From positions 3,660,001 to 3,724,000 of the forward strand of contig NC_045698.1 in assembly GCF_009834535.1 (NCBI RefSeq): a stretch of DNA of 64,000 nucleotides, in the 5' to 3' direction. The notes beneath the pieces are model-generated. The model saw only the letters and a program-made list of their open reading frames with translations. It had not been told where the DNA came from and did not search any database. Numbering within the stretch: position 1 is the stretch's first letter; the number at the start of each line of letters is the position of its first letter. Shown here piece by piece: positions 49,901 through 61,900 of this stretch. Origin of the DNA: Camelus ferus (taxonomy: Eukaryota). A program made the translations under genes and the position numbers.

Positions 49901-52900
49901 TCAGTCAAACAAACCAGTGAAGACTTCAGCATCAAGCCGGGTTGAAACTACTCAAAGTGAAGATGCTCCACCGTTTTCAGGGGAAAGAGGCAATGCAAAG
50001 GCTCCGAGGAGTCAGACGCAGACCATTCTGGCCAACGCTGACACCTCCACGCCTGCAGACTGCGGTGCTGAGACGCTGAGTAAAATACGTCAGGAGGTGG
50101 GGCCTCCCCTGCCCCCGTTGCTTGCTCCTTTGATAGCCACGCCTCCAAGGGCCTCACTGCCGGCCTCCCCGCTGATTTCAAGCTCCAGCCCTTCCTCTCC
50201 CCTCTCTCCTGCTGGCCAGGCCTCTCCCCTGGCTGAGATCCCGGCGCCTCCTGTGATGTCCCCTCTGCCGGAGGAGCCGGGGCGCCCCTCTCCTCCCCGC
50301 ACGTCCCCGTCCCCATCCACTGCACTGGCCAGTGAGAGGGTCTTGTCATCTCCTCTGCAGTTTTGTGCTGCGACCCCAAAGCATGCCCTCCCCGTGCCTG
50401 GCCGCCTCCCCGCCTTCGCACCTGCCCACCCTGTGGCGGCAGCGCCCTCGGAGAATTCTGTGAAGATCCTGGACACCATGTACCCAGAGCTGTCCGCCCG
50501 CGCCCGCACCCTCAGCATCCTAAAGGGGAACGTCCAGCTTGCTCGGGGGCCCCCGGCCGACGGCAGGAGCGGCCCCGGGCCTGTCAGCGCCATCGCGGGC
50601 TTCAAAGCGATCACTTCTGCCTCAACCGCCTTTGTTAAAACGGGGGGCAGCGCTGGAGCTGACTGTAAGTACGGTCAGCCGAGGGACGTGGGGCAGGATT
50701 CCGGCGGGAAGAGGACTCTGTCGGCGCCCTCACTGAGAAGCGCTAAAAGGCTGCGCCTGGACGGCGTGTCCCCCGAACCGGAACCCACCGCAGAAGGAGT
50801 CAGCGGGGACCCCCGAGAGGACCTCTCTCAGGCTGAAGCTGTGAGGACGGAGGAGGAGAGTTCTCTCCCAGCCGCCAGTACGGCTTCACAGGTACCTCTG
50901 AACCCCAAAGAAACCGTGGAGTCCCACGACCGAGCCATAGCCGACGCCCTGAGGAAGATCGCAGAGTCATCCTTTGACCTGCTACCTGTCATTCGCAGTC
51001 ACGTGTATGTGGGGAACATCTCCAAAAAGCCTGTGATGAGAGATCAAGAGAAGGACGTTGTTTATGAATTCAGCACAACCAAAAAGGTACGTGGCTGCTT
51101 TTCTCTGAGAGCGTGGGGACTGCAGGTCCCCAGACAACAGGCTGTTTCCCGCGGGCGGAGTGGCAAGTTTAAGCTGACACAAGTTTAATCTCAAAGGTGG
51201 GCAGCTGGCCACGTAAACATATATTTCTCGCCAGCGTTTTACCCATTTGAGAAATGATAGGACACTGGAGATTTGATAATGTGCGTTCATCAGATAACTT
51301 AAAATTTTAAAGGAAAAAAAAAGCATCAGGACTTAAGATGCAGATCTCCCATTGATCCCGGCGTGTTTAAAGGCTCAGTGATTTGCTTTGAAGTGTCAGA
51401 TTGCTATGCAATGGAGCCTTCTTTTCTGTGAATAGTGTTGTCCACACATCTGAGAGTTTTGAGAGTCAGAAAAATACATTGTGTGGGTTTCTCCCCTCGC
51501 TCCCTTAATGTGTGTCACAAATCAAACAGGAGCAGATACCTAGTTTCAAAAAGGGGCGGGGGAGGATTGTGCAGATTTACATACACGGTTTATTAGGACT
51601 TTCATAGGTTTTTAATTTACAAACATTCAAGTTGATACTGTGGAAGACTTCCAGTTTTCCATGGATTTTACTTTATTGGCTGTCTGTGCATCCTTGGAAT
51701 CATGATGGTGTAAATATTTATTTTTCTTAGAATGCTTACCTTCAGAAAGCATAGAGAGCAGTACAGTTAACTTTGAAAAGATGTTTATTTTCAAATGACT
51801 GCATGTATGAAATTATTTAATGCTCCTTTTCCTGAGCAAGGAAAGCGCTGCCCAGTATACCCAGTATTTTAAGATCTAAACAGGATAAATGCGCAGAGTA
51901 CATTGGAGTTCAGAAGACAGGAATGGGAGTAGAATTAGAGTGGGTTTAACGCACACACTCACACACAGATTATTTCACTGAAAACCAAGAAGTTGTCACG
52001 TGTTGGAGTGGCGGTGGTGCCCGGGCGCCACCAGGCGTGCATGGAGCTGCCGTCTGGGCCCCGCGGCACCACTGGCCTCGGCAGCTGCGGGCCCGCTCAT
52101 ACCCTGGGGCCAAAGGCACTTGAGTTTGTAACTTAGCTGTCCTTCAGTAGGTTGAAGATAAATACCAGTGAGCATTGCTTTTTTATTTTCTCTTCTTTTT
52201 CCCCATCCAGCATTTAGCAGAGTGCTTGCTTCACTCTATTCTCTCAGAACTGAAAACTCAGAAGACTTCCGTGGAGCACAGCTACATCCATGCCCTCTGC
52301 AGGGTGTACGTGGGCATCTGCCGGCAGCTGGGGGACTTGGAGAGGGCGCGCTTGTTTTGCTACAGCCTGCTCAAGGAGGGTATGTTTACAGGGTGGCCTG
52401 CTTGTGTCAGGAACGTATTACTGCGTTTTTGTCTGCATCTGTACTTCCAGTTAAGTTATTGCTGTGTGTCTTTTACAGTCATGTTGTTTTGTGCATTTGC
52501 CAGAGGAGCCTTAGCCACAAACCCAGCTGGGCCTGATTTCCAGCAGGAGTTTCTGTGGCTGCAGCTCGCTTACGTCTGCGCAGGCATTCCCGCGGGTGTG
52601 TGCTCGTCCCTCTCGTTGCCGCTCTGGCTTCGTTCCTTGTGCAGCTGCTTTAGAGTCAGTGACGGCCGACCCAAGATAAGGGAATGGTTTTTAAGTGACA
52701 GACCACTCTGCTGTGTCACCAGCTGGAAAGGGAAAAACTCAGTTGGATTCATAAGCTCATGAAGAGTTGCGAGGAGAAATGGAAGGGAGGCTGTCCTTTG
52801 ATGCTCTTCCTTTCCCTGCTGTTTCTTCAGTCTTCCAGTGAGCTCTGTGTGGTAAATGCACAAAACATGGCCTGAAACGACACTCACCACATGGAGGGTC

Positions 52901-55900
52901 CTGGGCTCGGGGGTCTAGAGACGGGAGGTTTGTCTTCTCTTCTGCTTTGGGGTTTATTGCCCTTTTCATGTATACTTGCGTGTTGTGTTTCAAATCCTAT
53001 TAAAGAAAGTTTGCCCAAAGAAAAGGGTGAGTTGGGGTTGGGGAGAAGCAGATTTAAAACGACAGGGCGGGACTCAGCCTGCTCTCTCCCGTCAGGGTGG
53101 GTCCCCTCGCATCACACAAGGGGAAATTGTTCATACTTCACTCACCTCATCAGACATAAAGATTTATTATCTTGTTTTCCTTCTCAGATTTTCCAGAGTC
53201 TGAAAAGTTGACTTTGTTCATCGCGAACATGTGGCATGATGTGTTTATCTCTCAGTCGGTGATCAACAAGGCGATGCAGTTAGTGGCCAGGCAGCGCGCG
53301 AAGGGGGAGGTTCTGAACTGCTTGAGAGCCTTCCTCAACTGGGAAAAGGTGAGGTTTCTGTCTGCTTTCTGTAATACTGCACTTGCAGGTCTTACGTAAA
53401 TGTTAGCGTTTAGTTTTGTTAAGTTTAGTCTTGTATTACCTCATGAGCATTTTAGAGATAGTATTCTTCATAACAGATCCTTTAAAATGCCATTTTAGTC
53501 TAAGCTTATGCATTTTGCTCATTAACTGTGCAATGAGACTCTTTGGGAAGAATTGTAGACCTATGTACTGTGTTAACTGAACAGAGTTTATTTGTGTACT
53601 AATTACGGCTGATGGAATCCATACACACAAGTGTGTATGTGTGGGCTGAGAGGAGATGTAAATCGTCTGCTTCTACAGTAGGTAGGAAGGTGAAAAAAAT
53701 GGCATCTCAGCTCCTCCCTGTTGTGATTTTTCTGAATCTAATGTTCTGTGTTTTTCTTTCCAGTTGGTGGAATTTGTCTTTGTTCTAAATATTGTGTTTC
53801 TTGTTTCCTTTTAGCATTTTGATTTGTTTAGTAACAGATGTGCTAATTTAGTACCTAGACTGGTGTTCTTTCATTCATAGATTTCTCCAGCGAGAGTCTC
53901 TGGATGCCAGGTGGATAGTGGTAAACTTTAAGAAGAGGTACTGACATCAGTGAGGGGTTGACTTTCATTTTGTTCTACCCTCTTCTAGTGATTGTATGAC
54001 TTCCCTCTTTTAAAAAAACTCTGGCCATGCGTGTTGTAGAATTTCATATGCCACTTTGCTTCCCTTTAGTACTTTTTGATGTTTAATATTCATTAGACTT
54101 TTATTTTCTTATGAAAAGAAAAGCAAAGGGCTATTGGTGGACAGAAGTTAGGGGAATGTTAAAAAGCAAGTTTGTAATCTCTTCATCAGTCCATCTGGAC
54201 AAACCAGAGTGTGTCCGTGTGAGGTTCCATCACAGTCCGGTCAGTCACTTAGAAGAGCACTCCTGTGTCCTGCCGGCAGCCGCCTGCTGCCACCCGCCAC
54301 ACACACCCTCCCCCACCACGAGGGGACCTGCAGGGCCGCTTCTGCCCCTGCCTGGTCCTCCTGCTTGTACAGGGGAGCCATCTCCTGGGGCCCATTCAGA
54401 ATGAAGCCAGATGTGGTTTGATGATAAAAGACATGATTTATGAAGAAGGTAGAATTTTAATAAATGTATTTAGCCTATATCAAATAAAAATATAAAGTCA
54501 AAGCTGTAAAAACAATGAGGAATACTTGGGGGAAAATACCATTATAGTTCAGTTCTCTTTTATAGAATTCAACAGATGTCCTAGACAAAAATAAGTCAAC
54601 AGACAGTGAAATTCAATCATATAGAAAGTAAACTTGAATGAAGGCTGTATTTATTCGTATGTCTATGGCATTTACAAAGACCAATCATGATTCTGGCCAC
54701 ACAAAAACCTTAATTTTTAAAAAGTGAAGAGTCTACCCTCAAAATTCTCTAGTAAATTGGTAAAAATTCAGTCAAATTAGACATAAGTAATGAAGAGATT
54801 TCATTAAAATTCCCTGGAAATTGAGATGCACAGTCTCAGACAATCTGTGAATGAAGAGAAACTGAAGAGTAAAATCAATTTTTTAAGTCATTGATGTGGA
54901 AAACCCTTCATACCAAAGATCTCTCGTTTTTGGAAAACTTTACATTCATTAAAATAGTTTAAATGTTTCCATTATTAAACTTATAATAAAGCTGGCTGAT
55001 AATCTTATAAATTAAAAATTTGAGAAGGAATCTAGGAAAAAAGAATATAGTTTAAAAGGTAATAGTAATGAAGTAGAGAACAAAAAAAAACTTCCTTTAA
55101 AAAGTACTAGTGAAACAGGTAACTCAGTTCAGATTAATGAGAAAAGAGGAAAACAATAATAGTCAGGGTTTCGCAGTGAGAGCGGGTGTAAGCGGGCACA
55201 GGATGGAGAGTGAGAGGACTGCCACCTGCAGCTTCACAGCGACAGACGTGGGAACACAGGATGGTTTCTTAGCAACATAAAAATGATGAAGGCTGGTTTT
55301 AGGGGCAGAGCACTTGAATAAACCAGTTGTTTTCAATTATAAAAAGTAGAAAAGATGATAAAAAATTTAGTATACAAGACATATGTATAGGTTCCACCTG
55401 AATTTTATCTAATCTTTAAAGAACCAACTAATTCCAGTCTTTTTCAGATTATAAGAGAAGATTGAAAGCTGTCTTCATTTTTAATAACAAAACCCGGTAA
55501 AAAATAACACGAGGAAAAAGGGGACCCAGGGGAAGTCAAATTTATGTCCACCAGAAGGCTTATCCATGAGTGTTCACAGCAGCAGTACTCATCACAGCCT
55601 AAAGCTGGAAGTAACCCAGACGACTGTCAGCACCGGGTGGGCAGGCGAACCGCGGCACGCCCACCTGGTGGGCTGCTACCCAGCAGTCAGAAGGCACGTT
55701 CAGACCGCCTGTGCGCGCAGGCGCGTGGAGCCGTGTCAGAGAACGCGCACACGCACTATGGAAGCCAGACGAGGGAGTCCCGTACCGGCGATGCACTTTT
55801 ATCAGTTTCTAGAAAAAGCAGATTGATATCTAGGGTTAGAAAAATGACAGAATTTTAAAATTTCTTTAAAAATTAAGAAATTTTTTATTATATCTTAACT

Positions 55901-58900
55901 TTATAACTCATTCTCTGATCTGAATTAAAGGAGGCCTGCATTCCTATCTGGATTGCAGTGTCTTCTTCACGTGACTGGATCCTGCATTCTGCTGGACTGT
56001 TTTTGTCTGGCCTGTCAGCTGCCAGGCCAGGTATTAGAACCAAGGTAAACATAGCTCCTTGCGCAACACAGCTTTCAAAAGGTGTCTTTTAAAGGTAAAT
56101 GATTATTCAGCGAGTGCTCGTCATACTCTGAGATGATGCCCATAAGGTATGTTATATTTGAAACTCTACGTTTTCTTTTTCTCTTTTTCTCTTTGCTAGA
56201 ATGCACCTATAGACGTTGGCATCATGGTTTCGAAGCTGCTTTTGACCATACAGTTATGTCCAAAGACGGAATTTCAGACCAGTGAGCGGTTTGGGGAAGA
56301 CCTGAGTGATAACACATGGGAGTACATCTGTGCCATCGACCTGCTCTGCTGCCATCAGAAGTGGATCTGGACCCACGACAACATCATAAGGTGCAGGGCC
56401 ACCGGGCTGGCTGGCAGTGGGGCTCCCTGGGTCGCAGGGTCTGTTCAGTGACAGCTGAGTTGTGGTTTGAATGTGTTTGCTGTTGAAGGCGGCTGAAACA
56501 TTTCCAGGTGACGTTTTCATTTGGGTAAGAGTTAACAGAACTGCCCTTTAGGGTACCCGCATCAGTGTCCCGTCCCCTTGCTTCATTTTTTTTTGTGATG
56601 CCTTCACTGCTTTTCGTCATACCTGTTTATTACCGTCTCCCAAGGAGGAAGTGAGTCTCAGGCAGGGGGGACTCGGGCTCACTGGCACCCCCCTAGCGTG
56701 TGGAGGGAGCAGCGCCCACACAAGTGGGTGGTCGGCATATCTCAACGTGCAGATGCTCTGAAAGAGCCCACAGGAACGGAAATACTCAGACTCTGGGCTA
56801 GCCGCCCTTCTCCCTGGGGCTCCGGGAGAGAACCGAGCCTGACGCGCTCGGGCCTCCGTCTTAGGAATGAATGGACGTGTCTGCGGCATCTATCTGGGTT
56901 GCATCTTTGGAGAATGGAGAAACAGTCAAACAATGTTCTGGAGTTCTTAATTTTCTTACACCCCTGACTGAGAAGGGCTGATTTAAAGGAATTTATGACT
57001 TTGAAAAGGATTCACCGAAGGATTGCACGTCTCTGTCTTTGAGATGCCTGCCAAATATATTCTGTGGAAATCTGTTCTTTCTCTTTTTTTTTTCTCTCAA
57101 CACTAGAGAATGATACATCTAAATGTCAAATAATAGGTAATTGAATTATGGAGCATCTTTATAATGAGATGCAGCCATATTAGAATAAATAGCTATGCAC
57201 AGATTTTTCTGTGTTGACATGAAAGCATTTTGCAGTCTGTTACTGAGGAAGTGACAGGACAGTGTATTCAGTGCTGTCTGTGTCATGGTGTGTGGGTGGC
57301 CACCCTGGCCTCATCTTCCTGGGAGCACAGGAGACAGCGGCCCTTCCGTCCCAGTGACAGATGAGACCATGGGGGATGGTGCCAGTCAGAGATGCTTTGG
57401 CCAAGGTCCCTCTGCTGGTGGTGTGGACAGTGTTGAATCTCAGGATCTCTGCCTAAGCGGCTCTAGACTCTGATTCCTAAGCACTGTGGTCACTTTGACC
57501 ATGTCTTCTGCACACGTGCACACACCAAGGATGTGGCAAGAAAAGCTCAAAATTAGAAGAGTGGTAGTTATCTGAGAATGTGTTATTTGGAGTGCTTTTA
57601 ATTTACATTTTTGTTTGTATTTAACTTTCTACTATTATAAATACTGTATAAGAAGTTAGTACGTATTATTTTCGAAAGACGAAACAGAGGAACTGCCACT
57701 GTTCCCAGTCAGTAGAAGGTGATTTAATCCGTGTAGGTGTGGTTCACTCCCCGGTTTAGTTCTTCCTACAGATACAGCTGTTTGTCCCTGAGCCTCCCAG
57801 GGAAACTCAGCTTCTGGAGCACAGGTGTTGCGTTAGTGTGGATGGTCCACCTCCAGTGCTGTGACTTGGGGATGTTATTCAGCATCTCAGCGCAAAGCAC
57901 TGTAAACAGTTAAAACAGAATAAAAGTGCAAGCATGGGAGTCTGTAGCCTCTTTTCCGCCAGCATGGGCACGGAGATCCTCCACAGCTGGAGGGTGCGTG
58001 AGCTCCAGTGTCTGTTGTCGTGTTAACCTGAGAAGCCACATCTGCAGAAGTTCCTCCTCTTCCCTAATTGTCTGTCTCTTATGGACCATTTTTAAGATAA
58101 GTTCTCGGTGTTTGAGTGATGGCGGGTGTGCAGACTTTCATACACGTGCATACGTACATATGTGTGTGTTACTGTTGTCTTACAGTAAGGAGCTGTGGCC
58201 TGTGATGGACAAGTGGATAAAATACAGGAAAGGCCATGCAAACATCGCCTACACTCCGGATATTATAATAGCATCGATCCTGAGGCTCATTGGTGAGTGG
58301 TCTGTGCTGTTACATTTGTTCTCGTTCTTGATGATGTCTTGGTGGAAGGATAAGTGTATAATAATATATGGTGACTGAGACTTCACTGTGGTAACTGATT
58401 TTACAGCCATCACAGCAGGTGCTTTTGCACTAAATTCATTTTCATTACTCATACTCTTTCTTTAAAAATCAGTGCTTTATTCGACTCTGCCATAGATTAA
58501 GACTTCTGATGTTAGAACATTTTATTGATAATTGAACTCTTGATTCTCAGACATTAATTTTAATACGCATGCATGCACACACTTACATATACACACCAGG
58601 GTCCATAAACTGCTATAAATTACATTATAGTCTAATGTGATTTATAAAGTAAGTGTATCTTTCCTTGTTCATACCCAGGTTTTTTCCTACTTGCTCAGTA
58701 AGGGTAACATAACTGTACTTTCATAATTGGAAACTAGTTTCATGTTGTTTCTGTATTTTCTAAGCTGAATATAGAAAAACTAAAATCATTGTTTAAAAAT
58801 ATTTTAAATGTTTAAATATTTTAAATATTTTAATTGTTTAAATATTTTAAATATTTTGATCTCCCAGCCTCCCTCCCCAGGCCCTCCGGAGTGTGGAGCG

Positions 58901-61900
58901 TATTGTCTGACACTGAGGTTAGCTCCGCGTTTCTCATTTGAGCTGTCATGTGGCTGAGCTGCCCTGGACTCACTCACTCTCCTCCTGGAGGGGGACTGCT
59001 CTTCCCATCTGTTTAGCAGATTTTTCCCTCATTTTGTCAAGTCATCACATATGTGTCTTTTTACCCAAACCATGTACTACTTCAGATTCATGATTTTCTC
59101 TTATTTTATCTCTGATAGCTCTGTCAACTTAGGTAGCTTATAGAACCTAACCCATTAAGCATTTTTAATTAAAAGGAAGGGAGCCATTACACAGTCATAT
59201 ATCATCTGGAAGCACGTGCGTTTCCCACAGCCCAGTGATCCCGTAGCTGCGTTAGGCATACGCCCTGTCCCTTTCTCTGCAGTTATTCGTGTGCTGAGTA
59301 CTCCTAACAGATGGTCTCAGATGACAGGTCTGGTGGCATGCAGTTAGCACTTTGATCTAATGGCAGGGAGTTACTTAAGAGTGATCAGTACCTTGAAATT
59401 TCTGATCTCTGAAGTACGTTTCTTTTTAACCTCAGTGCAAGACTTCCTGGGGGATTGTCCAGATGTTTACAGCTTCATCCTGGATTAGGAATTATCCAGG
59501 GAGTCACTAATCAGTAGGAATTTACTGAATGAAATGCCTGCTGTCTGCTGACTAACACTAAGCTCGTTCCTTTAGGGGCTACAGAGAACTAAAAGTCCTT
59601 TAGTGTCCCCATGCCTCGGTGTCTCCATAGTCAGCCCAGAGATGAGGTGGACGGACAGGTGTACGTCAACCTGTGGGGGGTCTGTAGTGTTGAGAATGTG
59701 GACACGCACAGTGGGCCTGTGAGATGAGGCTGCCCTAAAGCATGGGACGAGGACTTGGATAAAACTGCACCCAGGCTCTGTCCTGGAGTCCTGCCCGGAG
59801 TCCTCCCAGGGGCAGGAGGGCGTGAGGCTGACCTTGAGCGATGGTGGGGAGAGGCTTCTGCTCTGAAGCAGGCTGGGGCCCCCAGGGCTGTTCGGCAAAG
59901 GAAGGCCCAGATGGCTGGGGTTGAAGGGAGAGGGGCTGTCCCATCTGGGTCCCCTGGAGAGACCCCAGGAGGGCTTTGTGCGCCACGTTTCCTGTGTCAT
60001 TTATTGTTGTATCAGATGTGAAAACTGGGCCTTGGAAAAAATAGTTATTCATTTGAAATTAATAATAATAAACTCATGTTAACATAATTGATATTTTTAA
60101 TGGAAAATAACTATTTTGAAAGCAAAAAGAAAAGAAGAATGGAACGTTTTCTTGTGGCCGGCCTCTTCAGTGTCTGGGTGAGTGGAAGGGCTGGTTTCCT
60201 GTTGTTGCACTGCCTTCTGTCTCTGGCTGCCTGTTGTTTTGATTGAAGTGTTTGAGGAGAATCCAGTCTCGTGCAGATGTGTAGTTGATTTGGGGTACTT
60301 CAATAGCCTTTTCAGGCAACTGTGGATATTCTTCTTCCATTCAACAGTGGAACTCAACAAGTGATAATTTCTTAAAGGCTGGTGGCAGTGTGCAAGCTGA
60401 AACCTCGTCGGCGGACTTTGCTCCTTTGTTGTCCGAAAACCCACTGGTCTAGCTGACACCGAGGAGATCTCTGCCCACTCAGGGCCTTGTAACGTGCGCT
60501 GCTCTCGTGAGAAGTACTGATTTGCACAGATCTTCTGAACGTCAGCAATGTCAGAACAGACGTTAACATCTTCACCGATCTCATCAGAGAGATCTTAAGT
60601 ATTTGAAGCTGTCAAGCTTAGGGGAGCTGATGGAACTTTTTCCAAAATTCTAATCTTGCTTGAGAGCTCAGATTTTATCATTGACAGCAGTGATGCATTT
60701 CCTGCAATGACAGGTTCACTTTACTCGTTTTTGAGAAAATGTCTTTCTCGGTCTAGGTAGCCATGTTGTCCGTCGTTCTTTCAGTGGAAGTGGGTGTTTG
60801 AGGGAAGGAGCAGCCAGTTCCCCCCACAGCGAGGCAGCCGCACAGGGGCTGACCTGGAGACAGCCAGTGCTCTGCTTTGCCTGCCCGTCCACAGAAGACG
60901 GCAGTCGTGTGCCTGGGGGTCTGGAGTGGGTAAGAACCGCTGTCACTGCTTCGTCAAGGACAGTCCACGTGGACTCAGCTTTTTTGACCGTGAGCTCCTG
61001 GCAGCGGAGAGTGACCCGCATGCAGCATTGGTGCCACGGCCCTGATGCCGCCTTCGCGCCGTCAGTCCACATCTCGGCGTGGGGAGGAAGCACGTAACTG
61101 CTGAGCATCCTGGAGGAGCAGCTCTGACCTCAAGGGCTCCCGGGTCCGTAGGCAGCTGAGAGCTGCTGCCCTGCAGGGGGTGGCGGCTGTGTCGGCCCTG
61201 CTGCAGCAGCGCGCAGTCTGTGATGGGCCACGTCTTGCATTTCGTCTCCCCACCCCGCAGACGTTAGTCATTTCACACTGAGCCTGCTGAAACCATTCAT
61301 TCTGCTGAATTCCATTAATTATATGACACCTGGGAAAGCAACACACTGTGTGTCGTGTTTGTGTGAAAAACAGAAGCGGTGGTGAGTCGTGTAGCCAGCA
61401 AGCCCCCGCCCAGGACAAACGGAGCCCTGCTGGGTCCTGACGCTTTACCTTAATCTGTTTTCAAGCATAGGTACCCACTTTAACTTCGGTTCATCGTGAA
61501 GCTTAATGTACCTAATGTTATATGAAGGAAAATGTAAGTTTTAAATTCCTATGAGAAGTTAACATTTAACCAAAGGTCGTTTACATTTTGGTTTATTTTT
61601 TTCCCTCTAGGTCGTTTAGGCCAATTGGGTTTGAAGGAAGGGTTTCCATCTGCTGTGAAAAATATTAGTGCGGTTATTGGTATGTTTATACAGCATGCCC
61701 AGGATGAAGGTAAAACTTTTGTTTATTATTTTTAAATCATTTGTGTTCCTCTTGCTGAACCTCTTTTTGAGTTCCTACTGTGGCCCTGCTCTGCTGTGCC
61801 CTGCTCGTGCGTCTCTGCTGGGGGTGAGGAGTGGGTGATTGTGGGAGCGGCGGTCTGTCTGCGTCCTCGGCGCTGGCATCTGACTGTGTGTGGGTTTCCT

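Noticed and set aside
46355..50614. Long minus-strand ORFs (195, 244, 157 and 174 aa) overlapping exon 13
   Set aside because: They are shadow ORFs expected opposite a long GC-rich coding exon, with no recognisable domain and no promoter or splice support
46557..51188. The 1543-aa ORF read as a stand-alone intronless gene
   Set aside because: It is ICE1 exon 13. The true acceptor is at 46350, the GTG start is internal, and the tail after 51086 is intron read-through.
52175..52762. 195-aa ORF extending beyond exon 14
   Set aside because: It is exon 14 plus read-through past the donor at 52380, and the extension has no protein-like features
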